The translations under genes were made by a program, and so were the position numbers. A stretch of DNA of 64,000 bases, from contig JBFXJJ010000013.1 of the NCBI GenBank assembly GCA_050175015.1, forward strand, positions 1 through 64,000, read 5' to 3'. Below are positions 29,796 to 39,337 of the stretch, in pieces. Position 1 is the first letter of the stretch. The number at the start of each line of letters is the position of its first letter. The DNA comes from Alphaproteobacteria bacterium (GTDB lineage Bacteria > Pseudomonadota > Alphaproteobacteria > JBFXJJ01). The notes under the pieces were generated by a model that saw only the letters and a list, made by a program, of their open reading frames with translations, ran no database searches and had not been told where the DNA came from.

Positions 29796-31064
29796 ATGAA
29801 AACTTATGCTGCTGTTGATTATAAAAGAGTTCCGCTTTTTAAAGATGTTTCTGAAAAAGATTGGTACGATTGGAAATGGCAAATCAAAAATGTCGTGCGT
29901 GATGTTGCAACATTAAAAAAGATTATTGAGGTAACAGATAAGGAAGAAGAAGACTTAAATAAGTGTTTATCTCGTTTTCAAATGTCAATCACGCCTTATT
30001 ATGCGTCATTAATGGATAAAGCTTATCGTTTATGTTCTGTAAGGCTTCAGGCTGTTCCTGATGCCAGAGAACTTAATGACAGCTCAAGTGATTTGGACGA
30101 TCCTTTGTCTGAAGATGAAGATTCTCCAGTGCCAGGTTTAACGCATCGTTATCCTGACAGAGTGTTGTTTCTTGTTACCGATATATGCTCAATGAATTGC
30201 CGCCACTGCACAAGACGCAGATTGGTTGGTCAAAAGGATAAACATCTTAATACATCAGATTTAGAAAAGGGTTTTGAATATATCCGTAATCATAAAGAAG
30301 TTAGAGATGTTTTGATTAGCGGCGGCGATCCTTTCACGCTTGATGATGACCGTTTAGAGTATATTATTAAAAGCATCAGAGCGATTGAACACGTTGAGAT
30401 TATTCGTATTGGGACGAGAACACCTGTTGTGATGCCGATGCGTATTACGGATAACCTTGTTAATATGCTTAAAAAATATCACCCTATTTATGTAAACACT
30501 CATTTTAACCATTATTCGGAAGTTACTCTTGAATCCAAGGAGGCTTGTGAAAAATTGGCTAATGCGGGAATTTCTATCGGCAATCAAAGTGTGCTTTTGC
30601 GTGATGTTAATGACTGCCCACGCATTATGAAAAAACTGGTACACGAGCTTTTGATGATAAGAGTTCGCCCTTATTATATTTATCAATGTGATTTATCACG
30701 AGGGATAGGACACTTTAGAACTTCAATAGCTAAAGGTCTTCAGATTATTGAAAGCCTGCGTGGTCATACCAGCGGACTTGCGGTTCCAACTTTTGTGGTC
30801 GATGCTCCGGGAGGCGGCGGCAAAATTCCTGTAATGCCTCAATATACGCTTTCTCGTTCAGATAAGCATATGATTTTGCGCAATTACGAAGGGGTAATTA
30901 CAACCTATACCGAGCCAGAAAATATCTATTCTAATTGCTGGTGCGAGCTTTGCAAAAATAATGAATATGGTCCAGAAGATGGCGTTGCTAAGTTGCTTAT
31001 GGGCGAAAAATTAGTTTTAGAACCTTCTGATATGAAGAGAAAACAAAGGCATAGGCATGAATAA
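29796..31064 (+). CDS. kamA: Lysine 2,3-aminomutase (radical SAM/PLP)
   Basis: THRYPDR, CSMNCRHCTRRR, SGGDP, DAPGGGGKIP (PLP Lys), C-terminal Cys cluster. Confidence 0.96.
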   Translation: MKTYAAVDYKRVPLFKDVSEKDWYDWKWQIKNVVRDVATLKKIIEVTDKEEEDLNKCLSRFQMSITPYYASLMDKAYRLCSVRLQAVPDARELNDSSSDLDDPLSEDEDSPVPGLTHRYPDRVLFLVTDICSMNCRHCTRRRLVGQKDKHLNTSDLEKGFEYIRNHKEVRDVLISGGDPFTLDDDRLEYIIKSIRAIEHVEIIRIGTRTPVVMPMRITDNLVNMLKKYHPIYVNTHFNHYSEVTLESKEACEKLANAGISIGNQSVLLRDVNDCPRIMKKLVHELLMIRVRPYYIYQCDLSRGIGHFRTSIAKGLQIIESLRGHTSGLAVPTFVVDAPGGGGKIPVMPQYTLSRSDKHMILRNYEGVITTYTEPENIYSNCWCELCKNNEYGPEDGVAKLLMGEKLVLEPSDMKRKQRHRHE

Positions 31065-31947
31065 AGAAGTGGCAGATATTACCAAAATAATATTTGTTAC
31101 GGGAGAACAGAAAAACGCAGGCAAGACAACTTTTTTAAAACATTTATTATTTGAGGCGAGGACAAAGGGCAAAAATTTTGTGGTTTCATCTGTCGGGATT
31201 GATGGTGAAAAAACCGATGCCGTTTATGGTAACAGCAAGCCGCAAATAGTTTTAGAAAAAGGCGAAATGGTCGTAACTTCAGAAGAGGCAATAAAACTTT
31301 CTGAAGGCGATTTTGATATTTTGAATGTTTTTGAAAATAATAAATATCAGCAAAATGAAAGATCCGTTTTAGCAAAAGCCAAGAGATTGAGTGCCATTGA
31401 AGTTGTGGCCTCTGGTGATAATTTGGTTTTGTCTGATGTTCTTTCTGCGATAAAAAAAGATATTGCGCCCGATTTTATTTTTGTTGATGGGGCAGCAGAT
31501 AGAATTACTCAAGTGGCGTCATCTCAAAATACAGCGTTTTACTATGTCGTTAAAATAAGTAATGCTAATTTTTATAGTGCTGTTGATAATATCAAAAAAC
31601 TAGATGCATTGTCTCGCCTGCCGTTATTTAGAGAGCAAAAAGACGGCAAAAAAAGGGTTAAGATAGAAGGGGCGCTGACCAGCAATAAAATAAATAAGCT
31701 AAAAGATGAAATCGAAGAAATTGTAATAAATGATTTTTCTAAAGTTTTTTTAAGTTTTGCCGAACTTAAAATCCTTTTAAAAAAGCGGACGGTATCAGTT
31801 AATAACCAATATGATTTAAAGTCTTTTATTATTATTGACAGTGAGATTTCTAAAGACAAAATAATAAAAGAGTTTCAAAACAAAAACTTATTATCAAAAA
31901 TAAAGTTTAATCCGTATGAAAATCAAATTTTGGAAGAATATATTTAA
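31057..31947 (+). CDS. kamB: KamB-like P-loop accessory protein
   Basis: GEQKNAGKTT, SVGIDGEKTD, VDGAADR; position between kamA and the MutS-like gene. Confidence 0.75.
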   Translation: MNKEVADITKIIFVTGEQKNAGKTTFLKHLLFEARTKGKNFVVSSVGIDGEKTDAVYGNSKPQIVLEKGEMVVTSEEAIKLSEGDFDILNVFENNKYQQNERSVLAKAKRLSAIEVVASGDNLVLSDVLSAIKKDIAPDFIFVDGAADRITQVASSQNTAFYYVVKISNANFYSAVDNIKKLDALSRLPLFREQKDGKKRVKIEGALTSNKINKLKDEIEEIVINDFSKVFLSFAELKILLKKRTVSVNNQYDLKSFIIIDSEISKDKIIKEFQNKNLLSKIKFNPYENQILEEYI

Positions 31948-33494
31948 TGGAAAAAATAAAAAAAGTTACCAAATTTGATGTTTTGCTGCAAAAGTTTAGT
32001 CCTCTGACACCGCAGGGAAAGAGTGCTAAAAACAATTTAACACTTATAAATGATAAAGAGCTTTTGCGGCATATCTATGATGAAACTGAGGCGGCAGTAA
32101 AGTTTTCTAATGAAAATGAAGCGGCGGTTGATAAAATAAAGTGGCATTTAAAACGTATTCCTAAAATTCCATCATTTGATAGTAAGGTGTTTTCTGCGGT
32201 TGATATTTTTCTGTTTAAAAAATTTTTGATTAATACTAAAGCTGTTTGCCGAAGTTATAACTTTGGTTTTAACTTAAGCGATTTACTAGAGTTTCTAGAC
32301 CGAGATAATATGGGCGAAGAAACGTTTTATCTAAGTAGTAAATATGACAACAAACTAAAAAGTATTCGTGATGAAATTTCTAATGTTGATGTGCTTATAA
32401 ATGAAAGCAAAAAAAGGACTTTAGAGCTGGCAAAAGAAAAATATGGGCTTGATTTTGATGGACACGATTTTTTATTAATGCCGTCAGAGTTTGCGTCTAA
32501 AGTAAATCAAAATGAACTTAATATCGAATCTTATGATGGTCATAAAATAATTTTAAAACCCGTTTTTTCTAAGGATTATTTTGAACTTTTAGGAAAACGT
32601 TCCGCAAAAATAAAACAAGAAAGAGAGATAGAAAATAAGGTCTTAAAAACAATTACGTCTCACATAAAGCAAGAAGAAAAAAAGATTTTACAATTAGAAA
32701 AAGACGTAACGTCTCTTGATTTAGCCTTGGCTAGGGCTTTTTTAGTTAAAGAACTAAAATTAACGAGACCCGAAATTGGAGAAATCCGAAGTTACCAGAT
32801 AAAAGGCGGCAGATTGCTTAGCGTAGAAGATTACTGTGCCGAGCAAAAACTTAAATACTGGGCTTTAGATTTAGAGACCGATAAGCAGAATATTATGCTC
32901 TATGGCTCTAATATGTGTGGCAAGACGGTTGTTTTGCATACTATAGCTTTTCTTCAACTAACGGCTCAGTTTGGGTTTTTTGTTCCAGCTAAAGTTTTTA
33001 AGGCGCCGTTATTTGATAAAATAGCGCTGGTTACTGATTATGATGATGGGCAGGAGGGCTTAAGCGCCTTTGGAAGAGAAATAGTTGCTCTTAATGAGGC
33101 TGTTTCTGATAAAAATCTTAGAACCTTAATTCTTTTTGATGAATTTGCTAGAACAACAAACAGTACAGATGCCGTTTCGCTGCTTAATGGTCTTTTAGAA
33201 TATCTTATTCATAATGCTAATTTTAATGCCTTGTTATCAACCCATTATGATTCTATTGCCCGTCATAGTGAAGTCGATTTTTTCCGTATGAAGGGAATAA
33301 AGTGGCAGGATTTGGAAAGGGCAGAAATAGATGATAAGGAAAACAGGATTAATCTTATTCAAAAGTATATTGAATACGTTCCTGAAAAAGATAAATCCAG
33401 TGGTTTTTCTGGCGAAGCTTTGAAAATTGCTGAAATTTTAGGTGCCGATATGTCTTTAATTAACTATGCTAAAAAAGGATTAGGTAATGGCTAA
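31947..33494 (+). CDS. kamC: KamC-like MutS-domain ATPase (aminomutase accessory/reactivase)
   Basis: GSNMCGKT, GLSAFGRE, LFDEFARTTN, STHY; no mismatch-binding domain; overlaps kamB and kamD. Confidence 0.8.
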   Translation: MEKIKKVTKFDVLLQKFSPLTPQGKSAKNNLTLINDKELLRHIYDETEAAVKFSNENEAAVDKIKWHLKRIPKIPSFDSKVFSAVDIFLFKKFLINTKAVCRSYNFGFNLSDLLEFLDRDNMGEETFYLSSKYDNKLKSIRDEISNVDVLINESKKRTLELAKEKYGLDFDGHDFLLMPSEFASKVNQNELNIESYDGHKIILKPVFSKDYFELLGKRSAKIKQEREIENKVLKTITSHIKQEEKKILQLEKDVTSLDLALARAFLVKELKLTRPEIGEIRSYQIKGGRLLSVEDYCAEQKLKYWALDLETDKQNIMLYGSNMCGKTVVLHTIAFLQLTAQFGFFVPAKVFKAPLFDKIALVTDYDDGQEGLSAFGREIVALNEAVSDKNLRTLILFDEFARTTNSTDAVSLLNGLLEYLIHNANFNALLSTHYDSIARHSEVDFFRMKGIKWQDLERAEIDDKENRINLIQKYIEYVPEKDKSSGFSGEALKIAEILGADMSLINYAKKGLGNG

Positions 33495-35037
33495 TATCAA
33501 CTTACCTCAGGATAAAATAGAATATGCTCGCAAATTAGCGCAGACTATCACAAATCCTGTGCAAGAATATATTAAAAAGCATACCACAACGACGGTCGAA
33601 AGAGCTACTTTGCGCTTACTTGGGGCAGATGGTGCTGATGAAAATGGCATTCCTGTACCTAATTTGGTTGTCGATGCTCAAAGCAGCAATTTAGAATATG
33701 GAGCTGCTAGATATTATTTATCGGCGTTAACAAAATTTGATAACAATCCTGAAAAGTTAAACGATGCTCTTGCTAAAGGATATGACATTAAGTCTGTGCC
33801 TTTATTGGATATGGCAAAGATAAAGGTGGTTGCAGAAGATAGAGTTATGGCATTTAGCCGTCAAGTTAGTCAAAATGCAGCGTATCGTCAGGAAAAAATT
33901 GAGCTTACTAAAGCTAACCAGCCCGAACCTCTTTTATATGTTATTGTTGCTACAGGAAATATTTATGAAGATGTCAAGCAGGCACAAGCTGCGGCTGAAC
34001 AAGGTGCTGATATCATAGCGGTTATTAGAACAACCGCCCAAAGTCTTTTAGACTATGTTCCGTATGGGGCAACAACCGAAGGTTTTGGAGGAACTTATGC
34101 GACGCAAGAAAACTTTAAGATTATGAGAGCGGCGTTAGATGATGTTTCGGCAAAACAAAATCGCTATATCCGTTTGGTTAATTACTGCTCAGGATTATGT
34201 ATGCCTGAGATTGCGGCAATGGGAGCTTTAGAGCGTCTTGATATGATGCTTAACGATTCAATGTATGGTATTTTGTTTCGTGATATTAATATGTATCGGA
34301 CGTTTGTGGATCAAAACTTTTCTCGTATGATAAATTCTTTTGCTGGAATAGTTATTAACACAGGCGAAGATAACTACTTAACAACTTCTGATGCTGTGGA
34401 ATCTGCGCATACGGTTTTAGCTTCACAGCTTTTAAATGAAAGATTTGCGCTTAATGCGGGGCTTAAAGAAGAGTTTATGGGACTTGGACACGCTTTTGAG
34501 ATGGATCCCTCACTTAAAGACGGCTTTTTATTTGAGCTGGCTCAAGCTCAAATGGCAAGAGAAATATTTCCTAAGAGTCCTCTAAAATATATGCCGCCAA
34601 CGAAACATATGACGGGCGATATTTTTAAAGGGTATATTATGAATGCGATGTTTAATTTTGTGGCACAGGCAACAGGGCAGTCAATTTTGCTTTTAGGTAT
34701 GCTTACCGAGGCCATTCATACTCCGTTTATGCAAGACAGGTTTTTGGCAATTAAAAATGCCAAATATGTTATGAATAATATGAAATCTTTCGGAGATGAT
34801 ATTGTTTTTAAAGACGACGGAATCATTAAAAAAAGAGCCTTTGAGGTCTTTTATAAAGCAATCGATTTTATGGAAGAAATAGAAAAAATCGGTCTTTTTG
34901 AAGCGATAGCCAAAGGACTTTTTGCCGATGTTAAACGCCCTCGTGATGGCGGCAAAGGATTTAATGGGGTTGTTCCTAAAGCGCCTGATTATTATAACCC
35001 TGTAATGGACTTTTTAGAAAACAAGTTGGAGGTTTGA
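33487..35037 (+). CDS. kamD: Lysine 5,6-aminomutase alpha subunit
   Basis: HTTTTVERA, YVIVATGNIYED, GFGGTYATQENF, NYCSGLCMPE, KYMPPTK. Confidence 0.96.
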   Translation: MANINLPQDKIEYARKLAQTITNPVQEYIKKHTTTTVERATLRLLGADGADENGIPVPNLVVDAQSSNLEYGAARYYLSALTKFDNNPEKLNDALAKGYDIKSVPLLDMAKIKVVAEDRVMAFSRQVSQNAAYRQEKIELTKANQPEPLLYVIVATGNIYEDVKQAQAAAEQGADIIAVIRTTAQSLLDYVPYGATTEGFGGTYATQENFKIMRAALDDVSAKQNRYIRLVNYCSGLCMPEIAAMGALERLDMMLNDSMYGILFRDINMYRTFVDQNFSRMINSFAGIVINTGEDNYLTTSDAVESAHTVLASQLLNERFALNAGLKEEFMGLGHAFEMDPSLKDGFLFELAQAQMAREIFPKSPLKYMPPTKHMTGDIFKGYIMNAMFNFVAQATGQSILLLGMLTEAIHTPFMQDRFLAIKNAKYVMNNMKSFGDDIVFKDDGIIKKRAFEVFYKAIDFMEEIEKIGLFEAIAKGLFADVKRPRDGGKGFNGVVPKAPDYYNPVMDFLENKLEV

Positions 35038-35038
35038 A

Positions 35039-35767
35039 ATGATAATAAAACCTTATGGCGACACTTTAAACGATGGTTCAATTCAGCTTTCTTTCACGCT
35101 GCCTGTTGCTAATAATGCTCAAGGGCAGGAAGCCGCAAAACAGCTTGTTTTAAAACTGGGCTTTGATAGTTGTGAAGTCGTTGATTCTCAGAATCTTTCA
35201 GATGATTTTACGATGTTTGTGGCTTATGGCAAAACTTCAAAAAGCATCGATTTGGATACGATAAAGGTTGAAGTTGCAACCGAAGAATATTTGAGTTTTG
35301 ATGAAATTAATGCGTTCATTAAGGCAAAAATAGGGCGCAAAGTTGTTATCGTCGGCGGCTGTACAGGCTCAGATGCCCATACCGTAGGAATTGACGCTAT
35401 TATGAATATGAAGGGCTACAATCATCATTATGGACTTGAGCGTTATACTATGATTGAAGCCTATAATTTAGGAGCGCAGGTTCCTAATGAAACGATGATA
35501 GAGTTTGCTAAAAACAAAAACGCAGATGCGATAATCATCTCTCAAGTTGTTACTCAGAAAGATGTTCATATCAAAAATTTGACGGAAATGGTCGAGCTTT
35601 TGGAGGCAGAAAATTTAAGAGATAGGTTTATTCTTGTTGCAGGAGGTCCTAGAATAAGTCATAAGTTAGCATTGGAGTTAGGTTATGATGCAGGTTTTGG
35701 AAGAGGAACCTATGCCGAGCACGTTGCGACGCACATTATAAAAACGATGGAAAATCGTAAAAAATAA
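35039..35767 (+). CDS. kamE: Lysine 5,6-aminomutase beta subunit (B12-binding)
   Basis: KPYGDTLNDG..QLSFTLP, DAHTVG base-off motif, NMKGY PLP Lys, GYDAGFG. Confidence 0.96.
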   Translation: MIIKPYGDTLNDGSIQLSFTLPVANNAQGQEAAKQLVLKLGFDSCEVVDSQNLSDDFTMFVAYGKTSKSIDLDTIKVEVATEEYLSFDEINAFIKAKIGRKVVIVGGCTGSDAHTVGIDAIMNMKGYNHHYGLERYTMIEAYNLGAQVPNETMIEFAKNKNADAIIISQVVTQKDVHIKNLTEMVELLEAENLRDRFILVAGGPRISHKLALELGYDAGFGRGTYAEHVATHIIKTMENRKK

Positions 35768-35790
35768 AGGAAGAGGTTAAATAAAGTAAA

Positions 35791-36801
35791 ATGAAAATAT
35801 TAGTAACTGGAACCGCAGGCTTTATAGGCAACCATGTCGCACTAAAACTTTTGCAACAAGGACACGAGGTAATTGGGCTTGATTGTCTTACCGACTATTA
35901 TGATGTCAATCTAAAAGAAGCAAGGCTGGAAAGATTAAAAGCTTTTGCTGGGTTTACAGAAGAAAGAGTTGATTTGGCAGATGCTAAAGAAATTACTCGT
36001 ATTTTTAAAACTAGAGAACCAGAAAAAATTGTGAACCTCGCCGCTCAGGCAGGCGTTCGCCATAGTTTAAAAAAGCCTCAAGATTATATTGATTCCAACA
36101 TAACGGGTTTTCTTAATATTTTGGAAGGCTGTCGTAATTTTGGAATTAAGCATTTAGTTTATGCCTCAAGCAGTTCGGTTTATGGTGCGGAAACCGCAAT
36201 GCCGTTTTCAACCCATCAAAAAGCGGTCCACCCCGTAAGTTTATATGCTGCAACTAAACGAGCTAATGAGTTAATGGCTCACTGCTATAGTCATCTTTTT
36301 AGGTTCCCGACAACAGGACTTCGTTTTTTTACCGTTTATGGTCCTTGGGGACGCCCTGATATGGCTCTTTTCTTATTTGCCGATGCCATACTTAAAGACA
36401 AGCCGATTGATGTTTTTAACTATGGTAAAATGAAGAGAGATTTTACATATATTGATGATATTGTTGATGGCATTATTCGTCTTTTAGATAGACCCGCCGA
36501 AGTTAATAATGATTGGGATAGTGATAATCCTGATAATGCAACAAGCGGCGTTGCTCCTTGGAGAGTATATAATATCGGTAACAGCAAGCCTGTCAGCTTG
36601 ATGACCTATATCGAAGTTTTAGAAAAAGAACTAGGAAAAACAGCTCAAAAAAATATGCTTCCTATTCAAGCGGGAGATGTTCCTGCAACTTGGGCAGACG
36701 TTGATGATTTGATTAGAGATGCGGAGTATAAACCTGATACTAGTGTTGAAGTCGGGGTTGCAAACTTTGTTAAATGGTACCGAGACTATTATAAAATTTA
36801 G
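35791..36801 (+). CDS. NAD-dependent epimerase (UDP-glucuronate 4-epimerase type)
   Basis: TGTAGFIG, LAAQAGVR, ASSSSVYG, YAATK, FFTVYGPWGRPDMA. Confidence 0.92.
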   Translation: MKILVTGTAGFIGNHVALKLLQQGHEVIGLDCLTDYYDVNLKEARLERLKAFAGFTEERVDLADAKEITRIFKTREPEKIVNLAAQAGVRHSLKKPQDYIDSNITGFLNILEGCRNFGIKHLVYASSSSVYGAETAMPFSTHQKAVHPVSLYAATKRANELMAHCYSHLFRFPTTGLRFFTVYGPWGRPDMALFLFADAILKDKPIDVFNYGKMKRDFTYIDDIVDGIIRLLDRPAEVNNDWDSDNPDNATSGVAPWRVYNIGNSKPVSLMTYIEVLEKELGKTAQKNMLPIQAGDVPATWADVDDLIRDAEYKPDTSVEVGVANFVKWYRDYYKI

Positions 36802-36831
36802 AGCTATGCCTATTTAGGTATAAACAAAATC

Positions 36832-36869
36832 AAAAACAGAGGTTTAAATTTTTAAACCTCTGTTTTTTT
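36832..36869. terminator. Bidirectional intrinsic terminator
   Basis: AAAAACAGAGGTTTAAA / TTTAAACCTCTGTTTTT between convergent genes. Confidence 0.8.
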
Positions 36870-36900
36870 GTAGCTAAAACATTTTGTTATGTTTTTCTAA

Positions 36901-38385
36901 TTAGTCTTTAACGTGGAACGTTCTAATAACATAAGAAAGTTTCTGGTTAATAGATTTGTTTGCTAATTTATTTTTCTTAATATTAGGAAGAGGTTTCCAA
37001 CTTTCAGAAAGAGCAGATAAAGCATCTTTCAACTGCCATTTATGCTCAAACGTGCTGCCTGATAATTGATAAAGTGTTGCAATATCATCTTCATTAAACC
37101 AAGAAAAATCAGTAAGTTTTAGTTTTTTCTCATCAATGTATATAGGATAAATTTCAGAGCGCTCAATAACTTTGGCAACTTGATCTCTATCCATAGTATT
37201 AAAAGAAATAAGTTTTTTTCTAAATTCAACAGCGTTATCAAATTTCTTATTAACAGCGTTCTTAAGTTGTGCTTTTTTTATGCCGTCAGTTTCCAATTTA
37301 GCTAGAACTGGGGCATTAATGTTATAATAAACCTTGTTGTATACAGCTTGGTTAAAAACATTTTGCAGAAAGAATAAAGATACAAAGCAGATTGATGCTG
37401 AAATAACAGGGGTTGTTACCCAGCCGCTGCTGATACGCCCTAAAACACGCCAGCTAATACCTTTACCGCCCTTTAAAAGTCCGATACCAATAACAGCGCC
37501 AACAACCGCTTGTGAGCTTGAAACAGGAACGAGCGGAATAGTTGGAAGATTTCTAACTGCAAGCCAGTGTTCCAATCCTTCGGAAGCAAAAAGTAAAAGG
37601 ACAACCGATTGAGCTACCACAACAACCCAAGCGCCAATTGGAGATAGGGGCATAAGTCCGCCGCCAACTGTTACCATAACTCGTTTAGAATATGTGAATA
37701 CGCCCACAGCGATAGCAAGTGCACCAACGAAGAATAGCTGTTGCACGCCCGTTACTTGGAAGGTATCAAAAATCTTAAAGTTAGTAAAAGGAGAAACAGG
37801 GACAAAAACACCCATAACGTTTGATATGTTGTTAGCTCCAAGTGCATAAGAACCGAAGGCTCCGCCTAGAATTAGTCCTATTCTTGTTAAAGCATCAAGT
37901 CTGACTAAATGCAATTTAGAAATAGAAAGTATGATTTTTACTAGTTTGTATATTGGCATAGCGATTAAGGCTGCGAGTAAAGGACACGCAACCCAAGTAC
38001 CAAAAATCTTGATTAAAGCTGATAAATCAGTAATAGAACCAGAAAAAAGGTTCCAGCCGATAATTGCTCCAACAATGGCTTGGGTCGTAGATACAGGTAT
38101 GCCAAGAGTTGTCATCCAATAAACGGTTATTGCAGCAGCTAACGCTACCATAAAAGAACCAGCAATAGCATTTACAGAACCTAGTTGTCCTAAAGTGTGT
38201 GCTGCACCTGCGCCGCCTACGGTTGCTCCCCATATAACAAAAATGCTGCATACGATAGCTGCCGTTGAGAATTTGACCATTCTTGTTCCGACAGCTGTTC
38301 CGAAAACGTTTGACGCATCATTAGCGCCAAGAGACCAGCCCAAAAATAGACCACTGCTTAAAAATACTAAAATTGTAAGAGACAT
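36901..38385 (-). CDS. PiT-family inorganic phosphate transporter
   Basis: GANDASN, PVSTTQ, GANNISN, PVSSSQ; soluble C-terminal extension. Confidence 0.9.
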   Translation of the reverse strand: MSLTILVFLSSGLFLGWSLGANDASNVFGTAVGTRMVKFSTAAIVCSIFVIWGATVGGAGAAHTLGQLGSVNAIAGSFMVALAAAITVYWMTTLGIPVSTTQAIVGAIIGWNLFSGSITDLSALIKIFGTWVACPLLAALIAMPIYKLVKIILSISKLHLVRLDALTRIGLILGGAFGSYALGANNISNVMGVFVPVSPFTNFKIFDTFQVTGVQQLFFVGALAIAVGVFTYSKRVMVTVGGGLMPLSPIGAWVVVVAQSVVLLLFASEGLEHWLAVRNLPTIPLVPVSSSQAVVGAVIGIGLLKGGKGISWRVLGRISSGWVTTPVISASICFVSLFFLQNVFNQAVYNKVYYNINAPVLAKLETDGIKKAQLKNAVNKKFDNAVEFRKKLISFNTMDRDQVAKVIERSEIYPIYIDEKKLKLTDFSWFNEDDIATLYQLSGSTFEHKWQLKDALSALSESWKPLPNIKKNKLANKSINQKLSYVIRTFHVKD

Positions 38386-38431
38386 TGTTTGTTACACTTT
38401 CCCTTTGATTGTTCTGTCTTAAAGAACAAGA

Positions 38432-39097
38432 TTACATATCACGTTTAATAACATTGATGGCTAACTGATCAGCTATATCTTCAGCATCGTCGGCAATTTG
38501 ATCAATTAAATCAATAAAATATCTGATGTGCATCTTTGAAGCGAGAGGAAGATCAGAATCGAAAACTTTTTTCTTTAATTCACTTCCAATTTTATCAGCT
38601 TCGTGTTCATAAAACATAACTTTGTGGTTATGGTCTCTTACGGCAAAGAAATCTCTAAAGAATGCTCGTGATGCTAAAATAGCATTTTCTACACAGTTTG
38701 TTACGGCATCGACAAGATTCATCATTTCCATTTTTTCAAGAGGTCTAAAGTCTGGTTTTTCAATTGTAAAACGAAAACCATTGGCATCGTAGGTGTTAAG
38801 AAGATCATCTAAGTTCTCAACTAAAGATAAAACATCAGCTCTAAGGTCTGGGATTAAATTTTGTTCATAAAGACGGATTTCAATTTTGCGGCGTAATCTA
38901 TCGCCCCTGCCTTCAATTTTATTTAATTGACCAGCATAAGATAAAAATTCCTCGTTAACACCATTATCAAGATAAAGGCTGATTGCTTTTCTGAAAACAA
39001 TACCCGCTTCGGATATGCCATCAAGAAATTCATCAATCTGATTTTCTAAAACCTTGGTACCTCTAAAAAGTGAAACCGACTTTGTGACAAACTGCAT
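38432..39097 (-). CDS. DUF47 / PhoU-like phosphate transport regulator
   Basis: EGRGD..RR, EHEAD, IADDAED; directly upstream of the PiT gene. Confidence 0.88.
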   Translation of the reverse strand: MQFVTKSVSLFRGTKVLENQIDEFLDGISEAGIVFRKAISLYLDNGVNEEFLSYAGQLNKIEGRGDRLRRKIEIRLYEQNLIPDLRADVLSLVENLDDLLNTYDANGFRFTIEKPDFRPLEKMEMMNLVDAVTNCVENAILASRAFFRDFFAVRDHNHKVMFYEHEADKIGSELKKKVFDSDLPLASKMHIRYFIDLIDQIADDAEDIADQLAINVIKRDM

Positions 39098-39337
39098 TAA
39101 TCTTCTCCCAAAAAGCCATAAAAAAACCCAGAGTTATAATCGAGTTATAACACGAAAAAAATGAATATAAAAATTATGATAATTCATTCGACAAACTAAC
39201 AGAATATCATTTTTTAAAACAATTTCAAGAGGCTTTTTTAGTTAAAAAAATTAAGGTGACTTTAAGAATATATGCTTTATATTAAAAAAGCTGCAACTAA
39301 AAATTAATTATAAAATTAAATATTTCAAGGAGATTTT

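Noticed and set aside
31947-33494. Call as mismatch-repair mutS or mutS2
   Set aside because: Only ATPase-like motifs, no mismatch-binding or Smr domain, and coupled to kam genes.
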